Part shown: piece by piece, positions 46,713 through 56,933 of the stretch
Layout: every line of letters begins with the position of its first letter
How positions within the stretch are numbered: the stretch's first letter is position 1
Translations under genes and position numbers: made by a program
The notes under the pieces: model-generated
Told to the model about the DNA's origin: nothing
What the model saw: only the letters and a program-made list of their open reading frames with translations
Databases searched by the model: none
Source: an uncultured Nitrososphaerota archaeon
GTDB lineage: Archaea > Thermoproteota > Nitrososphaeria > Nitrososphaerales > Gagatemarchaeaceae
NCBI GenBank assembly: GCA_963703285.1
Contig: OY969807.1
Location: forward strand, 256,001-320,000
Length of the DNA: 64,000 nt
Direction: 5' to 3'

Positions 46713-48398
46713 GTGACCGAGCCACAACCTTCTCCCGCCAAGGCGAGTTCTGAAGCCTCACCCTCCGCCGCAGGGTCCGCGCTCTCCCAAACCCAGGCCA
46801 TACCGAGAAGGAACTTCGTCCTGATAATCGCCGGCCTCATGACGGGCCTCCTGCTCGGCGCGCTCGACCAGACGATCGTAGCCACCGCGGGTCCGACCAT
46901 AATCTCCGACCTCGGCGGTCTCAACGTGTACGCGTGGGTCTTCAGCGCCTACATCCTGACGCAGACGGTCGCGATGCCGATCTTCGGGAAGCTCTCCGAC
47001 CTCTACGGTCGCAGGAGGTTCTTCGTCCTCGGGCTCGTCATCTTCATGGCGGGCTCGATTGCCTCCGGGGCGGCGCAGAACATAGACTGGCTCATCGTCT
47101 CGAGGGCCGTCCAGGGACTCGGGGGCGGGGCGTTCTTCCCCATCGCCCTGAGCATTGCCGGCGTCACATTCCCCCCCGAGCAGAGGGGCCGGATAACGGG
47201 CATCTTCTCGAGCGTCTTCGGTATCGCGTCCGTCCTCGGTCCGTCGGTGGGCACCTACATCGTCGACATCGTCAACTGGAGGTGGGTCTTCTACATCAAC
47301 CTCCCCCTGGGCGTCGCTTCGATAATCCTGCTCTTCGCCGGCCTGGCCGAGTCCAAGAGCCCCATCAAGCCCAGGCTCGACCTCCTCGGGATTCCTGCGC
47401 TCGCGGGATGGATCGCGCTGCTGGACGTTGGGTTTCTCAACGGGGGGTCCACCTACCCGTGGGTGTCGTGGCAGGAGTCGGGTTTCTTCCTAGGCGCGGC
47501 CGCCCTCTTCGTGGCGTTCATCCAGATTGAGAGGCGGGCGTCGGAGCCGGTCCTACCGCTGAGCCTCTTCAAGGTCAGGAACATCTCGTCCGCCTCGGGC
47601 GTTTCGTTCCTGAGGGGGCTGATGCTCCTGGCGGTCGTCTCGTACATCCCGCTCTTCGTCGAGGCAGGACTGGGACGCTCCATAAACACCTCGAGCGAGG
47701 TGCTCGACGCCTTCCTCCTTCCAATGATCGTCGCGAGCATCTTAGGCGGGGTGCTCGTCACAAGGCTGAGCTACAGGACCCTCACGGTCGTCGGCCTCCT
47801 GATCGCAACCGCCGGGGCCTACACGCTCACCCTCTTCGATGCGACCGTGGGGACGGCCCAGATAATGGAGTCGGTTGCCATAGCGGGTTTCGGGGTGGGC
47901 ATGACCTTCTCCGCGACCTTCCTCGCCATACAGAACTCCGCGCCGAGGAAGCAGATCGGGATAGCCTCCTCGCTGCCTCAGTTCATGGGAAACCTAGGAG
48001 GGACCATCGGCCTGGCGATTCTCGGGACCATCCAGGTCAACACCTTCGCCTCCAAGGTGCACGGAGTGCTGGCGCAGGTACCCCCTCAGGACCAGCAGCT
48101 CGCCTCACAGTACCTCGGGAATGCCAACCAGGCGGGCCAGATACTCGCCTCTCCGCAGGCGCTGCAGCAGCTCCTCTCGTCCTATCCCTCTCTCGGCTCG
48201 CTGATTCCAGAGCTCAGAGTGGCGTTCGTCGCCTCCATCAGCCCCCTCTTTGAGGCGGGTGTCGTGATGGCCGCAGCTTCCGTCGTCGCCGGTCTGCTCT
48301 TCCGTGGCTCCATGAAGCAGCAGCTTCTGGCGCGGCGGCTCGCCGCCGAAGCCTCGGGCGCGAAGGTAGACGAAACGCCTACCGCGGCGCCGATGTAG
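46713..48398 (+). CDS. MFS drug:H+ antiporter (DHA2, EmrB/QacA type)
   Basis: LDQTIVATA, GKLSDLYGRR, WRWVFYINLPLG. Confidence 0.95.
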   Translation: MTEPQPSPAKASSEASPSAAGSALSQTQAIPRRNFVLIIAGLMTGLLLGALDQTIVATAGPTIISDLGGLNVYAWVFSAYILTQTVAMPIFGKLSDLYGRRRFFVLGLVIFMAGSIASGAAQNIDWLIVSRAVQGLGGGAFFPIALSIAGVTFPPEQRGRITGIFSSVFGIASVLGPSVGTYIVDIVNWRWVFYINLPLGVASIILLFAGLAESKSPIKPRLDLLGIPALAGWIALLDVGFLNGGSTYPWVSWQESGFFLGAAALFVAFIQIERRASEPVLPLSLFKVRNISSASGVSFLRGLMLLAVVSYIPLFVEAGLGRSINTSSEVLDAFLLPMIVASILGGVLVTRLSYRTLTVVGLLIATAGAYTLTLFDATVGTAQIMESVAIAGFGVGMTFSATFLAIQNSAPRKQIGIASSLPQFMGNLGGTIGLAILGTIQVNTFASKVHGVLAQVPPQDQQLASQYLGNANQAGQILASPQALQQLLSSYPSLGSLIPELRVAFVASISPLFEAGVVMAAASVVAGLLFRGSMKQQLLARRLAAEASGAKVDETPTAAPM

Positions 48399-48454
48399 CC
48401 CGGGTTGGAGGCCTACGTCGACCCGACCCACGCGAAAGGGAGAAATCCCCTATC

Positions 48455-49915
48455 GTGGCGGCATCCGGGATGCAATACAAGTGGGTTGCGCTCTCCAACA
48501 CCACCATCGGCACACTGATGTCCTCCCTCGACACCAACATCGTGCTGATAGCGCTCCCCACGATAGGGCGGGAACTCTCCAACACCAGCGTGGCCGACCT
48601 GCTCTGGACCCTCCTGGGCTACCAGCTCATCACGGCCTCCGTCCTGGTCAACTTCGGGAGGCTCTCCGACATGTTCGGGAGGGTGAGGCTCTACACTCTT
48701 GGGTTCGCGGTCTTCACGGCGGGGTCGGCCCTCTGCAGCCTCTCCCAGTCGGGAATCGAGCTCGTCTTCTTCAGGATGCTCCAGGCCTTCGGCTCCGCCT
48801 TCCTGTTCTCGAACAGCGCCGCCATACTCACCGACGCCTTCCCTCTAAACGAGCGGGGAAAGGCACTCGGCGTCAACCAGTCGTCCATCGTGGCGGGGTC
48901 TGTCTCGGGGCTCGTCCTCGGCGGTGTCCTGACCTCGACCATCGGATGGCGGTCCATCTTCTGGGTGAACATCCCCATAGGCATCTTCGCTACCGTCTGG
49001 TCGCACTACAAGCTCCGTGAAATCAGCCGGCAGACCGAGCGTCAGCGGATCGACATCGTCGGCAACATCACCTTCGCTGGCGGTATCTCGTCCATACTCG
49101 TGGGCATGACGCTGAACCTCATAGCTGGGCTCAGCCTCGTCATGACCTACGCGCTGATCGGCCTCGGCGCGGCCCTCCTGGTGGCGTTTCTCGTCACGGA
49201 GAGGATCGTGAGCATGCCAATGCTGACGCTCTCGCTCTTCCGTGTCAGGGCGTTCGCGGCGGGCAACCTCGCAATCATCCTGAACTCGCTGGCTCGAGGT
49301 GCGGTAACCCTGGTGCTCGTCTTCTACCTCCAGGGCCCGACCATGCGTCTCAGCGCACTGACCGCGGGGCTCTTCCTCATCCCAACCTCCGCCTCGCTGG
49401 CCTTCTTCGGTCCGATAAGCGGGTACCTCTCGGACCGCTACGGGGCCCGGCTTCTATCTACGATCGGGCTGCTCGTCTCCTCGATCGGGTTCCTGCTCCT
49501 CACGGGCCTCGGCCCCCGGGTGTCATTCCTGGGGTTGGCGGTCCCCCTGATCTTCGTCGGGAGCGGTATGGGACTCTTCGCCGCGCCCAACAGGGCCTCG
49601 ATAATGAACTCCGTCCCGCCCGAGGAGAGGGGCATCGCCTCGGGCATCAGCGTCACCTTCGTCAACCTGGGCTCCACTCTGAGCCTGGCGGTCGCGTTTC
49701 TGGTCATGGCGACCGTCACCCCCTTGAATACGCTCGTCCAGATCTTCCTGGGAACCGGCTCGGGCACAGCGGCTTCGACGGCGAGCTTCATCAGCTCGAC
49801 CCACGTGGTCTTCCTCCTCTCGACCGCTTTTCTCCTCCTTGCACTGATCCCCTCGCTGCTGAGGGGACCGCGGCAGGCGACCGTGGAGATTCCCGTCGAC
49901 GAGCCTGAGCAGTGA
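48455..49915 (+). CDS. MFS drug:H+ antiporter (DHA2)
   Basis: LDTNIVLIALP, GRLSDMFGR, WRSIFWVNIPIG. Confidence 0.95.
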   Translation: MAASGMQYKWVALSNTTIGTLMSSLDTNIVLIALPTIGRELSNTSVADLLWTLLGYQLITASVLVNFGRLSDMFGRVRLYTLGFAVFTAGSALCSLSQSGIELVFFRMLQAFGSAFLFSNSAAILTDAFPLNERGKALGVNQSSIVAGSVSGLVLGGVLTSTIGWRSIFWVNIPIGIFATVWSHYKLREISRQTERQRIDIVGNITFAGGISSILVGMTLNLIAGLSLVMTYALIGLGAALLVAFLVTERIVSMPMLTLSLFRVRAFAAGNLAIILNSLARGAVTLVLVFYLQGPTMRLSALTAGLFLIPTSASLAFFGPISGYLSDRYGARLLSTIGLLVSSIGFLLLTGLGPRVSFLGLAVPLIFVGSGMGLFAAPNRASIMNSVPPEERGIASGISVTFVNLGSTLSLAVAFLVMATVTPLNTLVQIFLGTGSGTAASTASFISSTHVVFLLSTAFLLLALIPSLLRGPRQATVEIPVDEPEQ

Positions 49916-49952
49916 CTCTCCCTTAAGTAACGACGGCTACCCTCCACGGGCC

Positions 49953-50207
49953 ATGGTTTCAAACGAAGAACCCGAGCCGCAGAGGAGCCTGAAGCGCGTC
50001 ACGTGGCAGTACGAGAACTGCCTGGCCTGCGTCTGGTTCAGGCCCAACGACCCTTTGAACGCCGACCTCTTCGAGAGGGGGATGTGCGTCCATTCGAAGC
50101 TCAAGGAGTTCGAGCTCGTCGTCTCCGGGCGAGACTGGTGCAACCTCTTCACCGAGATAAGGCAGAGGCAGATCGACAAGGTTCAGGAGAAGGCCTCGAA
50201 GGGCTGA
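49953..50207 (+). CDS. Small four-Cys protein with HiPIP-like spacing
   Basis: NCLACVWF...GMC...VSGRDWCNLF. Confidence 0.65.
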   Translation: MVSNEEPEPQRSLKRVTWQYENCLACVWFRPNDPLNADLFERGMCVHSKLKEFELVVSGRDWCNLFTEIRQRQIDKVQEKASKG

Positions 50208-50213
50208 CCGGCA

Positions 50214-50672
50214 TCAGCGCGCCAGCGCGCGCCTGATCGCCGCCGCGGTCTCCGCCATCTCGCCCTCGTCGAGCTTGATCCTGTCCATCGGCCTTCCCCT
50301 GTCCTCCATCATGACGGGGATGACGTGCACGTGGACGTGGGCCACCACCTGGTTCGCCGCCTCGCCGTTGTTCTGGACGAACCTGAAGCCGTCCGACCCG
50401 GTGGCCTCCACGACTGCCCTCGAGACCTTGGCGGCCACCGAGAAGAGCCCCCCTATCTGTGATTCCGTCATGTCCCACACAGTTTCTCCGTGCGCCTTGG
50501 GACAGACGAGCGTGTGCCCCCTCGAGAACGGGTTGATGTCGAGGAACGCCAGGTAGTCCTCGTCCTCGTAGACGATGTGGGAAGGCAGCTCTCCCCGCTT
50601 GATCCGGCAGAAGACGCACCTCCCTTCGTCGACGCTGGCGGAGTTGACGATGCGCCTGGAAGCTCCTTTCAA
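50214..50672 (-). CDS. HIT family hydrolase
   Basis: CVFC, AFLDINP..GHTLV.PK, HVHVHVIP. Confidence 0.95.
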   Translation of the reverse strand: MKGASRRIVNSASVDEGRCVFCRIKRGELPSHIVYEDEDYLAFLDINPFSRGHTLVCPKAHGETVWDMTESQIGGLFSVAAKVSRAVVEATGSDGFRFVQNNGEAANQVVAHVHVHVIPVMMEDRGRPMDRIKLDEGEMAETAAAIRRALAR

Positions 50673-50764
50673 TCTGCTCCCCTGCCGGGCCCCGTCCAAA
50701 AGTTCTAAACGTTTGCCTTGGCTTCAATCCCTCGCGGGTCGTGGCGGGGGGAGGTGCGAGGAGG

Positions 50765-51232
50765 CTAGCTCCACCTGGCGTAGGCGGGGTGGCCCTCCTT
50801 CACCGCGACAAACGTTCCCCTGAACGTCGCTCTGACCTTCCCATCCGCCTCGAGCGTCGCCTCCACGACCGCCCTGTCGCCCCTCAGCTCGACCGCCCTC
50901 GCCCTCAGATGCAGAGTCGTGTCCATGGGGGTCGGCCTCAGCATCTTGAGCTGGAACTCGGAGGTCACCGTCGGCGGCGGGGTCTCCGTCCCGTCCCTCA
51001 CCATCATGGCGTGGACGGCGGTCCAGTTGGAGTGGCAGTCCAGTATCGCTCCTACTATCCCTCCGTTGAGTATCCCTTCGAACGCGTGATGGTGGTCCTC
51101 CGGCTTCCAGTCGCAGACAACGTCGTCCCCATCGACCTTGCTCTTGATTCTGAGGCCGCGTGCGTTGGCCGGACCGCACCCGAAGCAAACGCTCCTAGGC
51201 GCGTACCTCTCCTGCAGGCTTGGCTCGGGCAT
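50765..51232 (-). CDS. PaaI/hotdog-fold thioesterase
   Basis: CFGCGPAN..GL and GILNGGIVGAILDCH. Confidence 0.9.
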   Translation of the reverse strand: MPEPSLQERYAPRSVCFGCGPANARGLRIKSKVDGDDVVCDWKPEDHHHAFEGILNGGIVGAILDCHSNWTAVHAMMVRDGTETPPPTVTSEFQLKMLRPTPMDTTLHLRARAVELRGDRAVVEATLEADGKVRATFRGTFVAVKEGHPAYARWS

Positions 51233-51272
51233 GCCGGGGATAGGCTCGTCTGCCTATAAATCGGTTGGGCGG

Positions 51273-51758
51273 TCAGGAAGCGGTGCCATTGGTCAGCTTC
51301 ACCGTGGCGGTCCAGGTCGCCGTCTGCTGCAGTGTGTCGGTCAGCGTGATCGTGTAGAGACAGCCGATTCCGGTGGGCTGGCCTGTGGGCCCTATCACGA
51401 TGTAGTTCTTCTTCACGGTCGAATCATAGCTGATTGTGATGTTGGTGTAGACTCGCACCTTTCCCGTGTTGTTCGCAGTAGGGTCCAAGCAGAGTCGGCT
51501 CGCGGTTACCGGAAGCGATACGTCCGTGCCCGGGGGAAGCGAGAAGTAGAGCGATATCGTGCTTGCGTTGGTAGTCTCCAGGTTCAGAACCCCGCTCTTG
51601 AGGGCGACACCCTGGGAGGGGGTTCCCCAAAACACCGAGTTCACCTCCGCGTTCGTTATCCCCTTGCCGGTGACGTTGCCGTAGTTCCCCAGCAGCAGAA
51701 TCAGCACGGCGAGGGCGAGGAACTGGGCGCTCACTATCGCAACCTCTCCCCTCTCCAA
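51273..51758 (-). CDS. Membrane-anchored surface protein, possibly pilin-like
   Basis: Short charged leader (ERG) then a hydrophobic helix and a Thr/Asn-rich beta domain with two Cys. Confidence 0.55.
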   Translation of the reverse strand: MERGEVAIVSAQFLALAVLILLLGNYGNVTGKGITNAEVNSVFWGTPSQGVALKSGVLNLETTNASTISLYFSLPPGTDVSLPVTASRLCLDPTANNTGKVRVYTNITISYDSTVKKNYIVIGPTGQPTGIGCLYTITLTDTLQQTATWTATVKLTNGTAS

Positions 51759-51802
51759 TACCCTGACCTCTCTCGGCGCACGGCCAAAGTCCGCTGATAA
51801 GT

Positions 51803-52903
51803 CTACCGCTCGGGCGCCCGCCCCAGAGCGTCCTCGAGCTCCTCGACTACCCTCTCGTTCACCTTCGGCGTCCCAATCGTCGTCCTGAGACAACCCTCCA
51901 GGCCTCTGACCCCGCTAAGATTCCTCACCACGAGTCCCTTCTCCATCAGCCTCTCGTGGACCCGGTCCGGGTCCCCCTTCCGGAGCCTGAAGAGAACGAA
52001 GTTCGTCTTGCTCGGGTATGGTTCGATCCCGGGAATGGCCGCCAGCATGTCCACGAGCCTTCCCCTCTCCTTGACTGTCTCCCGCACGTGCCTCCTCATC
52101 TCGCCGACGTGCGCGAGCGCGAAACGGCCCAGGGCGAGCGACAGCACCGAGAGGCTGTTGGGGGGCCTCACCACGTTGAGCTTCCTTGTCGTCTCGGCTC
52201 CCGCCACAAGATAGCCTATCCTCACCCCCGCCATAGAGAATGCCTTCGAGAGCGTCCTGCAGACTATGACGTTCTCGAGCCTGTCGGTGAGGTCGATGGC
52301 GCTCGTGCCACAGTACTCGAAGTAGGCTTCGTCCACCGCTACGGCGACGTCCGACTCCTTGGCCAGCCTCTCGACGGCAGCTATCGGTGACAGGTCCGCG
52401 GTGGGGTTGTTGGGGTTGCAGAGGAAGATGACCTTGGTCCTCCTCCTGACCGAGGAGAGGATGCCGTCGACGTCGAGGCTGAAGTCCTCCCCCCGCGGCA
52501 CGCCGACGACCTTGGCGCCCATCAGGCTGGCGGCTATCCCGTACATGGAGTAGGTGGGTGTGGCGACGATCGCCTCATCGCCCGGGTCCAGGAACACCTT
52601 CGCTATGATGTCGAGCCCCTCGTCGGCCCCGTTCGTGACGACGAACCTCCCGGAGTCCTTGCCGGTGTACCTCGAGAGGCCATCCCGGAGCGAGCGGTAA
52701 GAAGTGTCAGGGTACTGGTTGACGTCCATCCTTCCCAGGACGCGGCCCAGATCCCTGAGCGCCGACTCCGGCCTGAACGGCGACGTGTTCGTGTCGAGCC
52801 TCACTATCTGGTCCTCCCTGAGGCCCACCCTGGCCGCAATCTCCCAGCTGGGCGTCTCCCACCCGTACTCCTCGAATCCCTCGAAAAGTCTCCTGACCTT
52901 CAT
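51803..52903 (-). CDS. hisC: Histidinol-phosphate aminotransferase
   Basis: RLDTNTSP, NGADEGL, CNPNNPT, VDEAYFEY, RTLSKAFSMAGVRIGY. Confidence 0.9.
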   Translation of the reverse strand: MKVRRLFEGFEEYGWETPSWEIAARVGLREDQIVRLDTNTSPFRPESALRDLGRVLGRMDVNQYPDTSYRSLRDGLSRYTGKDSGRFVVTNGADEGLDIIAKVFLDPGDEAIVATPTYSMYGIAASLMGAKVVGVPRGEDFSLDVDGILSSVRRRTKVIFLCNPNNPTADLSPIAAVERLAKESDVAVAVDEAYFEYCGTSAIDLTDRLENVIVCRTLSKAFSMAGVRIGYLVAGAETTRKLNVVRPPNSLSVLSLALGRFALAHVGEMRRHVRETVKERGRLVDMLAAIPGIEPYPSKTNFVLFRLRKGDPDRVHERLMEKGLVVRNLSGVRGLEGCLRTTIGTPKVNERVVEELEDALGRAPER

Positions 52904-53044
52904 CGTCGATTCTCCCGCCAAGGGCGCGGCCATTTAAGAGCATGACCGTGGCGGCCCTTACTTACGACCGGGATTATCGAGCGCTAGATAGGCCCTCGGA
53001 ACACACAATAGCTCCTTCCACGGGCCCCGCGGCGGCGGGACACA

Positions 53045-53638
53045 GTGCCAAAGTCGTCTCAGGGCTCGGCAGTGATACTCGAGGCCGCCGCCAGGCTCTT
53101 TTCCGAGAGGGGCTACTCCAACGTCTCGATAAGGGACGTCTGCAAGGAGGCCAAGACCTCCCCTCCGATGATATACTACTACTTCAAGGACAAGAAGCGG
53201 CTCTTCGAGGCGGCGGTGAGCTACAGGGTGAGCATACGGGAGTTCATCGCGAGGCTCCGCAAGCAGGCGGACCTGAAGGATCCGGCAAAGGGCGTCGAGG
53301 CCTTCATCCGGATCTACCTCTCCTCCTTCCCGACGGACGCCTTCGAGCCCGGTCTGTATCTGGTGGAGACCGCAAGGCTGGACCGGACCAGCGCGGCCCG
53401 CATAAGCGAACAGCTGGACGAGGTTCACAACGTCGCGGAGAAGATCCTGCGGCGTGGCGTCACCGAGGGCGCCTTCCTCAAGACCGACCCGAAGTCCGCC
53501 GCTGACTGCCTCATGGGGATGCTCAACCACGTCGTCTTCCAGAAGTTCCACTTCGCGAAGACCTGGGACGCCGAGAAGACAGGGCGTTTCATAACGCAGT
53601 TCTTCCTCAGGGCGATGGGCTCCCGGGCCGCCACGTGA
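53045..53638 (+). CDS. TetR/AcrR family regulator
   Basis: ILEAAARLFSERGY..VSIRDVC...IYYYFKDK. Confidence 0.93.
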   Translation: MPKSSQGSAVILEAAARLFSERGYSNVSIRDVCKEAKTSPPMIYYYFKDKKRLFEAAVSYRVSIREFIARLRKQADLKDPAKGVEAFIRIYLSSFPTDAFEPGLYLVETARLDRTSAARISEQLDEVHNVAEKILRRGVTEGAFLKTDPKSAADCLMGMLNHVVFQKFHFAKTWDAEKTGRFITQFFLRAMGSRAAT

Positions 53639-53643
53639 CGGCC

Positions 53644-56481
53644 TCACCAGAACGGCCGCGTCTCGATGAACTTCAGCTTCGCCTCGAGAAGCTCCCTGTA
53701 GAAGCTCCCCTCGTCCTCCTCCATCCTCGCCAGTATCCTTGCCGCCGTCTGCGGCCCGATCCCGTAGACCGCCTGCGCCACCACAGCCCTCCTTCCATAG
53801 GAGAGGACGAGGTCGGCCGCCCGCCTTGCCTTGGCGAGCTCCGACTTCTCGTCATCGGAGAGCTCCTCGCGCGCCAGCCTCCTCGACATCAGCTTGGCCA
53901 CCTGGCTCGACGTCCAGAACGCTGGTGATAGCAGCCCAGAACCGCACGCGTCGCACTTCGGCTCCTCGGCCAACTCGCCAATCGTCGCGGGGCCCTGCGG
54001 CTGCCCGCACTTCATGCAGACCAGCTCGACGGACGTCCCGTAGATGCTGAGCTTCATCTTCTCGATGGTCGTCTTCGCCAGGGAGTCGGGCGCGACAAGC
54101 TCGGGGACGTCGAGATACCTGTACAGGATGTGGTACGCTATCGGTGTCGGCTTCTCCTCCGAGAGGAACGTCTCGACGTGGACCCTACCCTTCGCCACCG
54201 AGACGAGCAGCTCCTTTGCCCGCGCCATGTCCAGGAGGTCACGCCCCGTCTCCTGCAGGGCTTCCTCGAAGACGGGCGTGTTCTCGAACCTGGTGGGGAG
54301 CGAGCAGAGGTTCGGGTGGGCTATGAACTGGCCCCGCCTCAGCGCGCCGAACCTCTCGGCTATCGCCTTCACCCTGGCCGGGAAGGGGAAGTTCCGCTGG
54401 GCCGCCACCGCGTAGGTCCTCTCGAACTCCTCGGGCGCCATCCCGAAGAGCTGCTCCCCCAGTCCCTTCAGGTCGAGCTCCGCCGAGTCCACGGTCAGCT
54501 CTATCATTATCCTGTATCCGTCGAGGTACCATAGGCGGATGAGGCCCTTGCGGGACAGGACCTCCTCGAACGTGTAGGCTAGGGTCCTGTTGACGTTCTC
54601 TCCACTGCAGGTGTGGATGATGAGGTACTTCTGCCACCCCTCGAGCAGTATCAGGTCCTCGCTCGGGAGGGGCGCCCCGAGCCGGAGGTGTTCGTGCACC
54701 TCGTCAACGACGATTCGGGTCCCCTCGATGGCGACTGGGATCTCGGACGCGAGGAGCTCGGACGACTCCTCCGGCGTGTTCCCGGCGAGGATAGAGGCGA
54801 CCCTCTTCCTCAGGCTGCCCGTCTTCTGGGCGAGGTGGTAGGGTATCGGGAGCATCTCGCCGTCCCATCCTGGCACCGCGGCGAGCGGGTCCTCGACGGT
54901 GGTGACGTAGATCTTCCTGTCGTCCGCTATCTTCTCGATCTGCCATATCCTTCCCTTGAGGATGAAGTGCAGCCCCACCTTCGCCTGGAAGAGGACGAAC
55001 TCCATGCCGAGGATGCCGACGCTCTGGTTGTTCGCGACGTCGATGACCAGGTAGCGCGTCTCGTCCGGGATGGTCGAGAGGTTCTGGAAGTAGTACTCCC
55101 GCGTCCCGCGCGTCCTGTAGAGCTTCGTCCCTTCGACCCTCAGCTTGCGGAGCTGGCCCAGGTAGTCGACCACGCGCTGGAACGTCTCCTCGTCGAGGTC
55201 CCTGTAGGGGTGTGCCCTCCTTACCTCTCGGAAGATCTCGCCCTTCTCGACCGTCTCGAAGTCCATGAGGTAGCCGGCTATCTGGTGCGCCAGGACGTCA
55301 AGCGACTTCGCGTACGGCCTGGTCTCCTCCAGCCGTCCCCCCTTGGCCTCCTCTATGGCGGCTGCAGACTCGAGGACGTCCTCGGCCGAAACTGTGATCA
55401 TCACGCCCTCCGACGTCCGCCGCAGGTCGTGGCCCGACCTCCCCACCCTCTGTATCAGGGATGTGACCTGTCTCGGGGACATGTACTGGAGCACGAGGTC
55501 GACGGACCCGATGTCGATCCCGAGCTCCAGCGTGCTCGTGCAGACGAGCGCCCTGAGCTCGCCCTGCTTGAATGCGCTCTCCACCCTCTCCCTCTCCTCC
55601 CGCGGAAGGGAGCCATGGTGGACACCGACGTCCCCGCGAAGCCTGTTGAGCTTCTCCCCGAGCATCTCCGCCAACGTCCTGCTGTTCACGAAGATGAGCG
55701 TGGACCTGTGCGACTCGATCTGTTCGTCTATGACCGACAGCCTCGCCGCGAGGTCGATCGTGCTGAAGGTTTCCCGGGAGATCTCGCCATCAGCCGAGTC
55801 GGGCGTCGGGTACTCGACCCTATAGCGGAAATCCTTTGGGACGGCGGCCCTCACGATCCTGTGCTTCGCCTCCCCGAAGATGAAGCGCGCCGTCTCCTCC
55901 GGGCTGCCCACGGTCGCCGAGAGCGCCACCAGCTGGAAGTCTCCCGCAACCTTCCTCAGCCTCTGCAGCCCGACCGTCAGCTGGACTCCCCTCTTGCTCT
56001 CCACGAGGTTGTGCAGCTCGTCGACGACAACGGCCTTCACGCAGGCGAGGTTCCTCCTCATCCTAGAGCCAGGCAGCATCGCCTGGAGGGTCTCGGGTGT
56101 CGTGACGAGGACGTCGGGAGGGTCCCTCGACTGTCTCTGCCTCTGCGCCATGGGCGTGTCGCCGTGCCTGACCTCTATCTTCAGCGAGAGCTTGGAGCAC
56201 CAGACCTCCAGACGCCTCAGCATGTCCCTGTTCAGCGCCCTGAGAGGGGTGATGTAGATGATCGAGACCCCCTGCCCCCGCCCCTCCTTCACGAGGCGGG
56301 AGAGGAGGGGGAGCATGGCCGCCTCCGTCTTGCCCGAACCGGTGGGCGCGATGACGAGGACGTTCTCGCCCCTCGCAATCATCGGGGAGGCCTCAATCTG
56401 CGGGGGGGTGGGGCTGCTGATTCCCATCTCCTCCAGCATGCCTCTTATCGGGTCGGCGAGAAACTCAAAGCCTGTACTCAA
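53644..56481 (-). CDS. lhr: Lhr-family SF2 helicase
   Basis: APTGSGKT, ITPLRALNRD, DELH, SAT, QRVGRSGH; C-terminal Zn motif. Confidence 0.93.
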   Translation of the reverse strand: MSTGFEFLADPIRGMLEEMGISSPTPPQIEASPMIARGENVLVIAPTGSGKTEAAMLPLLSRLVKEGRGQGVSIIYITPLRALNRDMLRRLEVWCSKLSLKIEVRHGDTPMAQRQRQSRDPPDVLVTTPETLQAMLPGSRMRRNLACVKAVVVDELHNLVESKRGVQLTVGLQRLRKVAGDFQLVALSATVGSPEETARFIFGEAKHRIVRAAVPKDFRYRVEYPTPDSADGEISRETFSTIDLAARLSVIDEQIESHRSTLIFVNSRTLAEMLGEKLNRLRGDVGVHHGSLPREERERVESAFKQGELRALVCTSTLELGIDIGSVDLVLQYMSPRQVTSLIQRVGRSGHDLRRTSEGVMITVSAEDVLESAAAIEEAKGGRLEETRPYAKSLDVLAHQIAGYLMDFETVEKGEIFREVRRAHPYRDLDEETFQRVVDYLGQLRKLRVEGTKLYRTRGTREYYFQNLSTIPDETRYLVIDVANNQSVGILGMEFVLFQAKVGLHFILKGRIWQIEKIADDRKIYVTTVEDPLAAVPGWDGEMLPIPYHLAQKTGSLRKRVASILAGNTPEESSELLASEIPVAIEGTRIVVDEVHEHLRLGAPLPSEDLILLEGWQKYLIIHTCSGENVNRTLAYTFEEVLSRKGLIRLWYLDGYRIMIELTVDSAELDLKGLGEQLFGMAPEEFERTYAVAAQRNFPFPARVKAIAERFGALRRGQFIAHPNLCSLPTRFENTPVFEEALQETGRDLLDMARAKELLVSVAKGRVHVETFLSEEKPTPIAYHILYRYLDVPELVAPDSLAKTTIEKMKLSIYGTSVELVCMKCGQPQGPATIGELAEEPKCDACGSGLLSPAFWTSSQVAKLMSRRLAREELSDDEKSELAKARRAADLVLSYGRRAVVAQAVYGIGPQTAARILARMEEDEGSFYRELLEAKLKFIETRPFW

Positions 56482-56517
56482 TCGACGGGACTGATTTCCC
56501 GGGGTTCTATTAAGGGC

Positions 56518-56844
56518 TCACCCGCGATTCGCCAGACAGACGCTGCACTCGCAGAGGGAGAGGAGGTAATCGTAGGGGTATATCCCGGTGCTGTGGCCGT
56601 CGCTCCACGCGAAGGAAAGCGCATAGAGCCCGACCCTCGTGAAGGCCGTCGCCTTTACGTCCGCCGATATGTCCTGCAGCACGCGGAAGGAGCGCCTTCC
56701 TCCCATGGGGCTGACCTCGCCCTTGCAGAGGGCGCACGGACAGGCCTCCCTCAGGGATACGTTCGAGAAGACGCTCGAGTGGCCGTCACTCCAATCGATT
56801 CTCACCCGCTGCTCTCCGAGCTCCACGGACCCCGGTCTGACCAT
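56518..56844 (-). CDS. DUF971 / GBBH-N-like protein
   Basis: WSDGH, LREACPCALC, WSDGHSTGIY. Confidence 0.9.
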   Translation of the reverse strand: MVRPGSVELGEQRVRIDWSDGHSSVFSNVSLREACPCALCKGEVSPMGGRRSFRVLQDISADVKATAFTRVGLYALSFAWSDGHSTGIYPYDYLLSLCECSVCLANRG

Positions 56845-56933
56845 CCCGAAGCGCCTTCCATCTCGCCGCCATGAAAAGGCTTGGTTTCCAGTCAAAAGGT
56901 TAATCACCGAGCGCGCGCCAACGCGACACCGGC

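Noticed and set aside
54613-56874. 753-aa plus-strand ORF opposite lhr
   Set aside because: Antisense shadow with no recognisable domain
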